DNA of 32,000 bases from an archaeon (GTDB taxonomy: Archaea; Iainarchaeota; Iainarchaeia; Iainarchaeales; CSSED10-239): the NCBI GenBank assembly GCA_035400625.1, contig DAOMZT010000001.1, positions 270,001 to 302,000 on the forward strand. Direction: 5' to 3'. Made by a program: the position numbers and the translations under genes. Shown in pieces: positions 25,597 to 32,000 of the stretch (position 1 is the stretch's first letter; each line of letters starts with the position of its first letter). The notes beneath the pieces are model-generated. The model searched no databases. It was given only the letters and a program-made list of their open reading frames with translations, and had not been told where the DNA came from.

Positions 25597-26409
25597 ATGA
25601 AATTAAGTCCAAGAATGGAATATTTACTTGATGCAGCCGCAAAAGGTGCAATTGGTTCACTTATACTTGGAATACTTTTACTTAGAACAAATTTCTTTAT
25701 ATTTTGTATTTTCCCAACAATCATCGCAATAGGTATTGCTTCAATAGTTTATACTAAAAAAATTAAGTCTCTAGAATCCAATCTATTTGTTTTTTTAGGA
25801 GATCTTAAAAATCTTCTTCAAGGTGGGATGAATATAGTTACTTCTATGGAGGTTCTTTCAGATCATGATTATGGTGCCTTAAACACATATATTAGAAGAA
25901 TAACTGCTCAAATAAAAATAGGTGTGCCATTTGAAACTTCACTTGTTGAAGTTTTTTCAGAAGTAGATAGTCCAATGTTTAATAAGATTGCAAATGTTAT
26001 TGCAGAAACTATGAAACATGGTGGTAATCTAATTAAGATATTTAGTGCGGTAGCCAATTATGTAAAATTAATTGATGAGATGGGAGAAGAAAGAAGGGCC
26101 AAAACTTTTTCTACAGTTTTTTCTTCATATTTTATGTTTTTTATATTTATTGCAATTATTTTAACAATACAGATTGTATTCTTGCCAATGTTAAAATCAA
26201 ATAGCATAACTACTTCGGGCACACCAATAGAAGAAATTCCATTTAATTCCTATTTCTTATATCTTTTGATTATTCAAGCAAGTTTTGCAGGTCCAATTAT
26301 CGGTAAAATTTCAGAAGGTAATGCGATAGCAGGAATAAAACATTCTATTATATTACTTGTAATTTCCATTCCAATCTACATGATAGTTTCAATGTTGTTT
26401 ATTAAATAA
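25597..26409 (+). CDS. Type IV pilus/archaellum platform protein, second T2SSF-domain half (FlaJ/TadC-like)
   Basis: The architecture is the same as the first half ('LGDLKNLLQGGMNIVTSMEVL...IRRITAQIKIGVPFETSL...IAETMKHGGNL'). The start lies 11 nt after the previous stop and has its own GAGG Shine-Dalgarno motif. Confidence 0.7.
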   Translation: MKLSPRMEYLLDAAAKGAIGSLILGILLLRTNFFIFCIFPTIIAIGIASIVYTKKIKSLESNLFVFLGDLKNLLQGGMNIVTSMEVLSDHDYGALNTYIRRITAQIKIGVPFETSLVEVFSEVDSPMFNKIANVIAETMKHGGNLIKIFSAVANYVKLIDEMGEERRAKTFSTVFSSYFMFFIFIAIILTIQIVFLPMLKSNSITTSGTPIEEIPFNSYFLYLLIIQASFAGPIIGKISEGNAIAGIKHSIILLVISIPIYMIVSMLFIK

Positions 26410-26455
26410 GTTAGATTTATAAAAATTATGAAATAAATATAAATAGGATAAAAAT

Positions 26456-26926
26456 ATGTTAAAATTAAAAATTACAAAAAAGGGAATATCTCCACTTATT
26501 GCAACTATTCTTTTAGTTGCTGTATCTTTAGCTCTTGCAGGAATCTTATATTCTTGGGCATCTCATAATGCAAGCAACACTGTATCAAGTGTTACTGATG
26601 GTCAACAGCAACGAATAGAATGTTCTGCAATTAATTTGTTTATAGAAGAAGGCTGTTCTTATGATACAGATACTGGAATTAATCTTATTATAAGTGACTA
26701 TTCAAGTGTAAATATAGATGAGAATATAGAAATTACTGTTGTTGATATAGATAACAGGTCTAAAACAGCAAGCATTCCTTCAAACTTTCAAGGTGGCATA
26801 ATGGCAGTAAACAGTTCTGTTCTTTCTGATCCAAATGCTCTTAATGGGCTTGGAAAAATACAGAGGGTTTATGTGTTTATTAAGCGTTGCCCAGAAAGAA
26901 AAGCAACGACTATGAGTTGTGATTAA
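26456..26926 (+). CDS. Archaeal type IV pilin, Pilin_N (DUF1628) type, paralog 1
   Basis: The class III signal peptide and conserved N-terminus read 'KITKKG|ISPLIATILLVAVSLALAGILYSW'. Cys pairs are C-x10-C after the helix and a C-terminal C-x9-C. Confidence 0.8.
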   Translation: MLKLKITKKGISPLIATILLVAVSLALAGILYSWASHNASNTVSSVTDGQQQRIECSAINLFIEEGCSYDTDTGINLIISDYSSVNIDENIEITVVDIDNRSKTASIPSNFQGGIMAVNSSVLSDPNALNGLGKIQRVYVFIKRCPERKATTMSCD

Positions 26927-26940
26927 AATAGGTTTTATTC

Positions 26941-27426
26941 ATGAAAAAGTTAAAGGCACTTAGTATTTTAATAACTAGCATTTTATTAATTCTTGTTTCT
27001 GTTTCATTAATTATTATTCTCTTGTCCTGGAGTAGAAATTTTACAACAACAAATCTAAATTCAGCAAATGAAGTGATAAATCAAGAATGTGATAAAGCAA
27101 CTATTCAAATTGCCGATTGTATTATTAATAATGATGGAAATGTAGTTTTGGTAATTAAAAATACAAGCACACAATATATCTTTGATTCTTCTGATGCTCT
27201 GTTAGTTTCTATATATAATGATTCTGGTGTTATGGATGCGGAAAAAGAAATAACTTTGTCTTCTGGTTTAACTTGGAATGGTCTAAAAGAAGGTGAGACA
27301 ATTATTGCAAATATTAAACCAGAAACACAGTCTTTAACTTCTGAACCAGGTGCATGGATAAATGTAACTTTAAGATCTACAAATTGTCCGTTAGCTGCTA
27401 CAACATACTATGGTTGTCATAGATAA
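26941..27426 (+). CDS. Archaeal type IV pilin-like protein, paralog 2 (divergent N-terminus)
   Basis: The N-terminus is 'MKKLKA|LSILITSILLILVSVSLIIILLSW'. It shares the body plan of its neighbours: C-x9-C, a 'VVLVIKNTS' strand and a C-terminal 'STNCP...GC'. Confidence 0.7.
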   Translation: MKKLKALSILITSILLILVSVSLIIILLSWSRNFTTTNLNSANEVINQECDKATIQIADCIINNDGNVVLVIKNTSTQYIFDSSDALLVSIYNDSGVMDAEKEITLSSGLTWNGLKEGETIIANIKPETQSLTSEPGAWINVTLRSTNCPLAATTYYGCHR

Positions 27427-27475
27427 GCTTTAAATATCTTTTTATTAATAATATAAATATTTTAATATTTAATTT

Positions 27476-27481
27476 AGGAGG
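27476..27481 (+). promoter_or_regulatory. Strong Shine-Dalgarno (AGGAGG) for pilin paralog 3
   Basis: aggagg lies 7 nt upstream of the ATG at 27489. It is the best ribosome-binding site I noticed in the pilin cluster, where paralogs 1 and 2 have only 'tagg(a)'. An AT-rich spacer of about 60 nt precedes it. Confidence 0.5.
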
Positions 27482-27488
27482 AAATAAA

Positions 27489-27950
27489 ATGAATATTAAG
27501 AAAAAAGCAATAGAGCCAATAGTTGCAACAATTCTTTTAGTCGTAGTTGCAGTTATTTTGGTTGTTATAGTTCTTGCTTGGGGTAAGAATTTTACAAACG
27601 AGGGTTTAAATAAAGCTGGTGGTGTAACTAGTGATAATTGTATGGGTGCAACAATTGCAATTTCAAATTGTGATTGGAATGGCTCAGCAAAAACAACCAC
27701 CTTTTTAATAAAAAACACAAGTGACACATTTACTTTTCCAGCAGATGATTTTACTTGTGGTGTTTTAGAGGATGGAAATATTACAAACAATAACTTAAAC
27801 GGTGCATTAAATCAGACCGCAGCATTAGGTCCTGGAGCACAACAAGTATTAACCTGTTCAGGTACAAACATCGTTGCAGATTCAGTTACCTTAAAAGTAT
27901 GGTCAAAAGCTTGCCCAAATAACGCATCAGCAGATTTAAAACACTGCTAG
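27489..27950 (+). CDS. Archaeal type IV pilin, Pilin_N (DUF1628) type, paralog 3 (candidate major pilin)
   Basis: The N-terminus is 'MNIKKKA|IEPIVATILLVVVAVILVVIVLAWG'. It has C-x9-C, a 'TTFLIKNTS' strand, one extra Cys pair and a C-terminal 'SKACP...HC'. There are six N-x-S/T sequons. Confidence 0.8.
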   Translation: MNIKKKAIEPIVATILLVVVAVILVVIVLAWGKNFTNEGLNKAGGVTSDNCMGATIAISNCDWNGSAKTTTFLIKNTSDTFTFPADDFTCGVLEDGNITNNNLNGALNQTAALGPGAQQVLTCSGTNIVADSVTLKVWSKACPNNASADLKHC

Positions 27951-27964
27951 TTGTTTAAATAAAA

Positions 27965-28426
27965 ATGTGTAAAATTATGATTTCCAAAAAAGGAGTGTCA
28001 CCAATAATTGCAACTGTACTTTTAGTTGTTTTAGCTTTAATATTGGTCGTCATACTTCTTTCTTGGGGTCAAAATTTTATAAATAGAAACACATCTGATG
28101 TGGATAACACTATTGACAGAAAATGCCTAGGTGCAGGAATTACAATAAACAATTGTAATTACAATGATCAAACAAATACTCTTTCTTTTATTATTGTAAA
28201 TTCAGGAAAGGTTAATTTTTCGAAAGACCACAATCTTAATCTTATTCTAATTGATGCAGAAGGCAATCTAGATAATGATAATCAAAACATCATCAATAGC
28301 CAAGCCTTTAATAGATTAGATTCTCAAAAGATAGTAATTGACCACTATGCCGCTACAACACCAATAGATGTGGAAGTAAGAAGCACCCAATGTGTTAATT
28401 ATTTTGCAAAAGTTTCTTGTAATTAG
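27965..28426 (+). CDS. Archaeal type IV pilin, Pilin_N (DUF1628) type, paralog 4
   Basis: The N-terminus is 'MISKKG|VSPIIATVLLVVLALILVVILLSWG'. It has C-x9-C, a 'LSFIIVNSG' strand and a C-terminal 'STQCV...SC'. The ATG at 27977 (MISKKG) is a plausible alternative start. Confidence 0.8.
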   Translation: MCKIMISKKGVSPIIATVLLVVLALILVVILLSWGQNFINRNTSDVDNTIDRKCLGAGITINNCNYNDQTNTLSFIIVNSGKVNFSKDHNLNLILIDAEGNLDNDNQNIINSQAFNRLDSQKIVIDHYAATTPIDVEVRSTQCVNYFAKVSCN

Positions 28427-28926
28427 AATTTTTCTATTTTTAAAAATTGTATCTTTTCTTCCTTATCAACTAAGGCTATAACAAATTTGGCGTTTATGGT
28501 TGTTGCAAGCCTTTCTGATTTTATAATCTGCTTTGTGTAGATTTTTGTGTTTTTGAAAACATCTACAACCATTTCTGTATGAGTGTGTTCGCCAGCCTTT
28601 GATTTTTTATAAACTCTAAAATCAAATCCAAAGATGTTTCCGTCTTTTACCACATAGCCTTTATTCATTAGTTCTTTAAACACAAGATATTTCTCTGAAA
28701 AGTCTGAAATTTCTTTGTTGCATTTTTTTTCTAATTCCTTTTGGCTTATTGCTTTCTTGTTTTCATCAGCAATAGTTATTTTCTTCTTTTCTAGAAAATA
28801 AAGGCATTCAAAAAGATCTAAGTAAATCTCAAGGCCTTTTCTAAAGCCAAAGCCTTTCTGAGTTAATTGGCTTTTTAGATTATTGTCTTTTACAAGCCCG
28901 CGATTTTTTTCTATTATTACTTTCAT
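28423..28926 (-). CDS. endA: tRNA-splicing endonuclease EndA (short, homotetramer-type size)
   Basis: 'NKGYVVKDGNIFGFDFRVYKK...HTHTEMVV' matches the catalytic C-terminal domain pattern (G.KFG.DF.vY....H). Lys is followed by 'FVIALVD'. The length is 167 aa. The stop overlaps the convergent pilin stop by 4 nt. Confidence 0.8.
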   Translation of the reverse strand: MKVIIEKNRGLVKDNNLKSQLTQKGFGFRKGLEIYLDLFECLYFLEKKKITIADENKKAISQKELEKKCNKEISDFSEKYLVFKELMNKGYVVKDGNIFGFDFRVYKKSKAGEHTHTEMVVDVFKNTKIYTKQIIKSERLATTINAKFVIALVDKEEKIQFLKIEKF

Positions 28927-28941
28927 GTTTTTCTTTCTTTT

Positions 28942-29229
28942 TTATTTATATAATGTAAATAAATTTCTATCAACACCATAGAACAACCCAATTCTTACAC
29001 CTGCATCGATCCAGCCATAAGCATAAGAATAAGAGGCTAGTGCCCTTGTAAAGTCGCCTTTTTCTTCTAATACCATTCCATCCTTAAGATAGTTGTTTGC
29101 CATCTCTAGGTAGTTATCTGCCATATCTTTAAGGAAGGACTCGTTTTCTATATTTATTTTTATAGTTGCTAATGCTTTTTCAAGTAATCCTCTATACTTT
29201 ATACAATATTCTTTAACATCTGTATTCAT
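28942..29229 (-). CDS. DUF357-family protein
   Basis: 'YLKDGMVLEEKGDFTRALASYSYAYGWIDAGVRIGL' matches the conserved DUF357 core (..gd...Al....YA.GWLDAG.R.G). Confidence 0.7.
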   Translation of the reverse strand: MNTDVKEYCIKYRGLLEKALATIKINIENESFLKDMADNYLEMANNYLKDGMVLEEKGDFTRALASYSYAYGWIDAGVRIGLFYGVDRNLFTLYK

Positions 29230-29950
29230 TTATTCCATCTCTTTCAATATCATTTAATGTTGCACAGATTATTAAGCTTTGTGGAAAGCTTTTGCATTTT
29301 ATTTTCTTGTATTCCAAAAAGTCAAAAGTAATGATTTCTTGATCAATTCCTGCAACTCCACAAAGTCCAACACACACTACATCTTTTAGTTTCTTATCTT
29401 TTTCATTGTCAATTTCTTCAAGTATCTGGCAAGCCTCAAAAATACTCATAAACTTTTTTTTGTCAGTCTTAATATCAAGAAGGCAAAGAGTATGTGCATT
29501 GTTCTTTAGATTTTCAATTATACAATCATAAAAGCTAGTAGGCCTGTAGTTGCCATCTGGATAGACAATGCTTGTAGTCTTTCCAAACTTATACTCAAAT
29601 AGTCCAGAAATGCCTCTATAGTTAAAGATAGAAATACCTGCAATTATTTTAATATCTATCTTTTTCTTTTTTGCTTCTTCAATCAATGTAAAATGAGTGG
29701 TTGCTGATAATGGGTTGCCAATAACAAGAAGACAGGAGCCATCTTTAAGATATTTTTTTTCCTGTTCCAGTTCCGTTCTGTTCAGTTGCATTATTTTCTT
29801 TTCTATTATCTCTTCTAGTTCTTTTAGGTCTCCTTGTGAGAAGATATTGGTGTAGTTATCAATATACACTTCTGTGCAGTTTCTTATACAATCCATTGCT
29901 TCAAGAGTAAGTTGTTTAGGTTTTAATCCAACTCCGATTATGTAAAACAT
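29213..29950 (-). CDS. dph5: Diphthine synthase (Dph5)
   Basis: The N-terminal 'MFYIIGVGLKPKQLTLEAMDCIRNCTEVYIDNYTN' and 'LLVIGNPLSATTH' indicate the tetrapyrrole-methylase fold typical of Dph5. Confidence 0.85.
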   Translation of the reverse strand: MFYIIGVGLKPKQLTLEAMDCIRNCTEVYIDNYTNIFSQGDLKELEEIIEKKIMQLNRTELEQEKKYLKDGSCLLVIGNPLSATTHFTLIEEAKKKKIDIKIIAGISIFNYRGISGLFEYKFGKTTSIVYPDGNYRPTSFYDCIIENLKNNAHTLCLLDIKTDKKKFMSIFEACQILEEIDNEKDKKLKDVVCVGLCGVAGIDQEIITFDFLEYKKIKCKSFPQSLIICATLNDIERDGINEYRC

Positions 29951-29952
29951 TC

Positions 29953-30348
29953 TTAACTATAAACTCCAATTTCTATATATATCTTATTATTGGAATTATT
30001 AATATACTTTATGGAATTAGAAAGAGTTGTTGTTTTTTCTATGCCAGAGTAATTCATTTCTTTTCTTTTGTTGTTTATTCTAATATAGCCAGGGGTAAGT
30101 GGGAATAGCAAAAGATAGTTTTTTTCTAAAGTTTCAAGATTATCAATTTTAAGATATTGTGCAGTTATTAGAAGGTCATTGATTTTTTGCGACTTTAATA
30201 ATTCAACATTATTTTTTGCTAAATTTTCTGAAGCAATTGTTTGCATGGTTAATATCAAAAGCGAGATAAAGATTAATGCAAAAAGCCCATCAATTACAAA
30301 GATTTGCCCATTATTTGCATTTTGCAAATTCCAAAATTTTAAAGCCAT
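29953..30348 (-). CDS. Small pilin-like protein with putative class III signal peptide (G|Q type), minor pilin candidate 4
   Basis: The N-terminus is 'MALKFWNLQNANNG|QIFVIDGLFALIFISLLILTM'. A single hydrophobic helix is followed by a domain of about 90 aa. It shares the 'GQ-x-x-V-[LI]-D' N-terminus with the upstream ORF. Confidence 0.5.
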   Translation of the reverse strand: MALKFWNLQNANNGQIFVIDGLFALIFISLLILTMQTIASENLAKNNVELLKSQKINDLLITAQYLKIDNLETLEKNYLLLFPLTPGYIRINNKRKEMNYSGIEKTTTLSNSIKYINNSNNKIYIEIGVYS

Positions 30349-30724
30349 TATTAATCACTATTCCTCTTTTTATACTCAATTCAATTTCTGTTGTTTCTGT
30401 TTGATAAATCACAATATCTGATAGTTTGATTCTGCAGATTTTATTTTTTTTAAGTTCTTTTTCAAACACCAATAGAGATCTCAAGTCCAAGATGTTTTGA
30501 TAACAAAGGCTTTGATGATTAATTTCTGTGAATGCCAAGTAGTCACAGTCACTAACCATTTTATCAACAAACAAAAGCAATTCAAGCTTTTCAGTTTCTT
30601 TTTGATTTTCTATTTGTTCTTTAGCATAGTTCTCAAAGAACAACACTTCAAAATATAAAATAAGGATTAGGCACAGAGAAAAGAACAAAACATCAAGTAC
30701 TATTGCTTGCCCCTTTGATTTCAT
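30311..30724 (-). CDS. Small pilin-like protein with putative class III signal peptide (G|Q type), minor pilin candidate 3
   Basis: The N-terminus is 'MKSKG|QAIVLDVLFFSLCLILILYF'. The KGQ junction resembles EppA-type archaeal pilins and TadE-like pseudopilins. It overlaps both neighbouring ORFs, by 32 nt and 38 nt. Confidence 0.55.
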   Translation of the reverse strand: MKSKGQAIVLDVLFFSLCLILILYFEVLFFENYAKEQIENQKETEKLELLLFVDKMVSDCDYLAFTEINHQSLCYQNILDLRSLLVFEKELKKNKICRIKLSDIVIYQTETTEIELSIKRGIVINNGFKILEFAKCK

Positions 30725-30908
30725 GTTTCTCCCATTTTTCTTCCTGATAATATTTTTCTTTTATAATTTCTATATCCCCTTTTACATTTTTGCTTTTTTC
30801 AAACTTTTCTTTAAAGCCAAGATTGACATTCACAAAAAAGCCAAGCACGATAATGATAATTAAAACACACAATATCATTTCAAGAGTAATTATCCCTTTT
30901 TTATTCAA
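30693..30908 (-). CDS. Very small pilin-like protein (71 aa) with a bacterial-style prepilin N-terminus, minor pilin candidate 2
   Basis: The N-terminus is 'MNKKG|IITLEMILCVLIIIIVLGFF'. It has a short basic leader, Gly at -1, Glu at +5 and a hydrophobic helix, followed by a charged tail of about 40 aa. Confidence 0.55.
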   Translation of the reverse strand: MNKKGIITLEMILCVLIIIIVLGFFVNVNLGFKEKFEKSKNVKGDIEIIKEKYYQEEKWEKHEIKGASNST

Positions 30909-31414
30909 GTATATATCACCACTTCTATTGTGTAATTTTTTGGAAAAGTAAAAGTTGTTTTGGAATATGATGTTTTCTGTTCAAAGCCAAGGTATTTGTT
31001 TTTTGCTAGCCCGTTTGTTATAGTATATCTCTTAACATAAACATTTGGCATTGGCCTTAAAACAATGGTTTTTGTTATTTCTTGTAGTTCTAAAAGATTT
31101 ACTTTTTGTTTTTTCTTTGTATTGATATCAATAACAAACCATTCTTCTGTTTTGGTATCAAGACCAGAAAGATAATTTACTACCTTGGTGTTTATGTGCG
31201 AATTTAGTGTTATTGGGTCTGTGTTAGGAATAGCAAGTTCGTGCTTAACCATTTCTTCAAAATTAATTGCTGCACTGTGCTTTTTCGTGCTTTGTGATTT
31301 TACAATTACAAAATCTAGGTTGCTTTCAATTCTTTCATTACCAGCAATAGACAAGAAAATAAGTGTAAACAACAACACTCCAAGACTAAGAAAGCCTTTG
31401 TTTTTTGTAGCCAT
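30905..31414 (-). CDS. Small pilin-like protein with putative class III signal peptide, minor pilin candidate 1
   Basis: The N-terminus is 'MATKNKG|FLSLGVLLFTLIFLSIAG', followed by a beta-rich-looking domain of about 140 aa. It forms an ATGA overlap with the next ORF. Confidence 0.5.
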   Translation of the reverse strand: MATKNKGFLSLGVLLFTLIFLSIAGNERIESNLDFVIVKSQSTKKHSAAINFEEMVKHELAIPNTDPITLNSHINTKVVNYLSGLDTKTEEWFVIDINTKKKQKVNLLELQEITKTIVLRPMPNVYVKRYTITNGLAKNKYLGFEQKTSYSKTTFTFPKNYTIEVVIYT

Positions 31415-31578
31415 TAGATATTTCTTGATTTCTTTCCTTTATTTAACCAGCTGTTTGTTTTTTTTGTGTTTTTGAAACAATCGCCTCTTTGCTTTAAGTT
31501 TTTACAAAAAATCTAACAAATGTTTTTAAATAGCTCTATCTACAATAAATATATTAATATCAAAAAACGGAATAAGCT

Positions 31579-32000
31579 TTGAAAAAGAACATATTTGTTA
31601 AGGATTTTTCTGACACAACAATTAGTATCTTTAAAGATGAGTCTGTATTCTATCCAAGCTATTTGCCAGAAGACATAAAAGCAAGAGATAAGGAGATTCA
31701 AGAGTTAAGCTATAATTTACGGCCAATCTCTGAAAACAAAAAAGCAAGAAACATCTTAATCTTTGGCCCGCCAGGAACTGGAAAAACCTTAACCTCTAAG
31801 TTTGTGATTAAGCAACTCTCAGAATTTACTCAAAAAGCAAGATCAATTTATATCAATGCGATAGAAGACAACACAAGGTTTGCATTATATTGCAAACTTC
31901 TTTCGCTTTATAATTCTCCACTTCCAAGAAGAGGACTAGGCATTGACGAGTTAATTTCAAGAGTAAAAGAAGAACTTGGCAAAAACGATTTTATTCCAGT
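31579..32000 (+). CDS. Second Orc1/Cdc6 paralog (partial; runs off the window)
   Basis: This ORF is not in the track. The frame opens after a TAA at 31573-31575. TTG at 31579 is the only plausible start before the AAA+ core. The translation reads ..FKDESVFYPSYLPEDIKARDKEIQELSYNLRPI..ILIFGPPGTGKTLTSKFVIKQL.. This gives Walker A plus the typical 'LP.R..E...L' N-terminal motif. Confidence 0.8.
   Translation, partial: MKKNIFVKDFSDTTISIFKDESVFYPSYLPEDIKARDKEIQELSYNLRPISENKKARNILIFGPPGTGKTLTSKFVIKQLSEFTQKARSIYINAIEDNTRFALYCKLLSLYNSPLPRRGLGIDELISRVKEELGKNDFIP

Noticed and set aside
27398-27790. A 130-aa minus-strand ORF lies opposite pilin paralog 3. ORFs 30179..30421(+) and 31185..31475(+) lie opposite the minor-pilin operon.
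   Set aside because: The plus-strand pilin at 27489..27950 has a canonical class III leader, a Shine-Dalgarno motif and a framework shared with three paralogs. The antisense frames are hydrophobic mirror images of the pilin helices.
26456-28426. The four tandem Pilin_N genes as archaellins (a motility archaellum).
   Set aside because: They are about 155 aa, much shorter than archaellins. They lack the conserved archaellin N-terminal domain length, and no FlaC-H accessory genes or FlaI are adjacent. An adhesive-type pilus is the better reading.
1-32000. I looked for a CRISPR array, tRNA or rRNA genes, transposases, integrases or prophage remnants.
   Set aside because: No regularly spaced direct repeats were seen. 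No spacer has the GC-rich, cloverleaf-compatible sequence expected of a tRNA in an AT-rich genome. The only GC-rich island (about 6760-6790) cannot be folded into acceptor, D and T arms. No ORF has DDE, recombinase or phage-structural motifs.

Overview
This is an AT-rich, very gene-dense archaeal window. The archaeal assignment rests on eS1/S3Ae, uS15, two Orc1/Cdc6 paralogs, NAC, Bud32, tRNA-splicing endonuclease EndA, diphthine synthase and archaeal SepF. Small proteins, frequent start/stop overlaps and short intergenic spacers suggest a reduced, DPANN-like genome, but that is inference. I support about 43 CDS. I recognised no rRNA, tRNA, CRISPR array, transposase or integrase. Positions 1-24.6 kb are mostly housekeeping: NOG1 GTPase, SecF/SecD, ribosomal proteins, ValRS, Dus, a ThiI-MnmA tRNA-thiolation pair, Orc1/Cdc6, an M50 protease, TatD, Mtq2-like methyltransferases and a DRG GTPase. 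Several uncharacterised membrane or secreted proteins and a miniature exosortase/archaeosortase-family protein are interspersed among them. The accessory-looking part is 24.7-31.4 kb, a bipartite type IV pilus-like locus. It has a platform protein split into two T2SSF-domain ORFs, followed by four tandem paralogous archaeal Pilin_N-type pilins with conserved cysteine pairs. On the opposite strand are four overlapping small ORFs with class III (prepilin-like) signal peptides of a different type, apparently co-operonic with dph5, a DUF357 gene and endA. No secretion ATPase or prepilin peptidase lies in the window. All family assignments come from motif recognition by eye, not from searches.
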